A DNA stretch of 64,000 bases, taken from Candidatus Eiseniibacteriota bacterium (GTDB taxonomy: Bacteria > Eisenbacteria > RBG-16-71-46). Where the stretch lies: the NCBI GenBank assembly GCA_963776245.1, contig CAVZLN010000008.1, positions 32,001-96,000 on the forward strand. The letters run 5' to 3'. Below are positions 62,601-64,000 of the stretch, piece by piece. Below the pieces are notes generated by a model that was not told where the DNA came from, did no database searches, and saw only the letters and a list, made by a program, of their open reading frames with translations. The number at the start of each line of letters is the position of its first letter. Position 1 is the stretch's first letter. The position numbers and the translations under genes were made by a program.

Positions 62601-64000
62601 ATGGCGATCCGAGCAGCGTTCGCCCCGGGGCCGCGGCCGACGGCGCCGAACCCGGGCGCAGCGCTGGCCGCGTTGGCGCTGGGGCTGCGCTTCATCGTGC
62701 TGGCCGTGATCGCGGGCTCGGGCGTGCTCCTGCTCCACAGTCCGATCTCCCGCCTGCACCTCGCGGCGGGGATCGTGGCGTCCGCCCTGCTCGGTGTCGG
62801 GCAATCCGCGCTCGCGCTTCGCCGGCCCACCCTGCCCGGGGAGCCGCTGGTGCCGGCCCAGGTGGCCGTGTGGATCTACCTGCTCCACGTCTCGGGCGGG
62901 CAGCACTCACCGCTCTTCATCGGGCTGCTGCTGGAGGTGCCGCTCTCGGGTGCGCTGCTCGGCCGGCGGGGCTGCGTTCTGGCTGCGATCGCCGCAGCCG
63001 GCGCCTACCTCGCCTACGCCGTGGCCTCCCACCGTCCCCTCGAGCTGGACGTCATTCCGTTGGTCACGGGCCTCATCGGGGTCGCGGCGCTGCTCACCTG
63101 GATGCTGCTGGAGATCCTCGAGCGCCAGCGCGCCGCCATCCTCGCGGCCCGTTCCGCGCTGTCCGTGCGCGCGGAGAGCCTGGCGACCGAGCTGCGCCTG
63201 CTCGGGGACTACCTCGGGAGCGCGCTGCTTTCGGTGGACGACATGGGCCGCCTGGCGAGCGTGAACCTGGCCGGGGCCGCGCTGCTGGGGTTCGAGGGGC
63301 AGGCGGCGATGGGCCATCCCTGGCAGGAGGTGCTCCGGCCGGATCCTCCGACTGCCGGGCGGCTGGCCCGAACGCTCGCCGAGGGCGAGACGCAGCGCGA
63401 CGTGCCGATCGTGTTCCACCGCGGCGACGGCGCGCCGGTCGCGCTGCGGGGCGACCTGTGGATGAGCCCCGCGCCCGACGGACGGCGCATGCATCTGCTC
63501 CTCGAGGCACCGCACAGAACCGACGCAGCGGACGACCCGCTCCACCGGATGGGCGAGGCCGCGGCCTGCATCGCGCACCAGTTCAAGAACTCGCTCCAGG
63601 CGCTCGGCAGTCTGGTCCATCAGGCCGAGCGGGCGGACTCCGACAGGGACTCGGCGCTGGGTGCGCAGCGGCTCCAGGTCGCGCTGCGCACCCTCGGCGA
63701 ACTCACCGACGACGTGCTCGCGGTGGCTGGCGCGGCGCGGCCATGCCGGGAGGAACTCCAGCTGACGCAGGTGGTCTCCTCGGCGCTGCTGCTCGCTCGG
63801 CCCGGGGCCGTACGCGTGACGGTGGATCCGACCACGGCAGAGCTGCGCGTCTGGGCCTCGCGCGGGCGGCTGGTGCATGCGCTCTACAACCTGATCGACA
63901 ACGCCTGCCGGGCGACACCGCCGGGAGGCGAAGTCCACGTGCACATGGAGCGGGTGGACGGGTGCGCGCACGTGGACATCGTGGACGGCGGGCCCGGGCT
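62601..64000 (+). CDS. PilS-like membrane PAS sensor histidine kinase; runs off the window end
   Basis: Manual translation: ~6 TM (SGGQHSPLF), PAS (LLSVDDMGRLASVNLAG), H-box IAHQFKNSL, N-box LYNLIDNA, G1 start VDGGPG. Confidence 0.85.
   Translation, partial: MAIRAAFAPGPRPTAPNPGAALAALALGLRFIVLAVIAGSGVLLLHSPISRLHLAAGIVASALLGVGQSALALRRPTLPGEPLVPAQVAVWIYLLHVSGGQHSPLFIGLLLEVPLSGALLGRRGCVLAAIAAAGAYLAYAVASHRPLELDVIPLVTGLIGVAALLTWMLLEILERQRAAILAARSALSVRAESLATELRLLGDYLGSALLSVDDMGRLASVNLAGAALLGFEGQAAMGHPWQEVLRPDPPTAGRLARTLAEGETQRDVPIVFHRGDGAPVALRGDLWMSPAPDGRRMHLLLEAPHRTDAADDPLHRMGEAAACIAHQFKNSLQALGSLVHQAERADSDRDSALGAQRLQVALRTLGELTDDVLAVAGAARPCREELQLTQVVSSALLLARPGAVRVTVDPTTAELRVWASRGRLVHALYNLIDNACRATPPGGEVHVHMERVDGCAHVDIVDGGPG

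Overview
This 64-kb window is very GC-rich (about 70% or more by eye), chromosomal-looking bacterial DNA. A T9SS-like C-terminal domain, a TWGxxKxxYR C-terminal motif and tandem kinase-TolB genes suggest an FCB-related lineage such as Ca. Eisenbacteria (inference). Many genes are broken by single-base indels in patches, which looks like long-read error. Contents in order: (1) partial ompA and an L,D-transpeptidase; (2) a ~20-kb phosphate/polyphosphate/nucleotide island (ppx, CHAD, two thymidylate-kinase-like genes, sixA, class III ppk2, a PAP2-DUF1206-lipid kinase operon, and a converging 8-gene operon: Omp85 barrel, secreted atypical kinase, lipoprotein metallophosphoesterase, NTT, NTT-HEAT, cNMP-binding protein, DUF47, Pit); (3) a MacAB-like ABC exporter; (4) two tandem Ser/Thr kinase-beta-propeller genes; (5) a ~890-aa coiled-coil protein; (6) a secreted LTD/PLD protein; (7) a urate/allantoin catabolic cluster; (8) housekeeping and other genes (rhomboid, Gpx, spmAB, VOC, M14 peptidase, SWIM-SNF2, glnS, partial PilS-like kinase). 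The best candidate for an undescribed system is the NTT/secreted-kinase/phosphatase/Omp85 operon. It shares an identical 19-bp sigma54-type promoter and a matching palindromic enhancer with the converging PAP2/lipid-kinase operon. I saw no rRNA, tRNA, CRISPR array or transposase.
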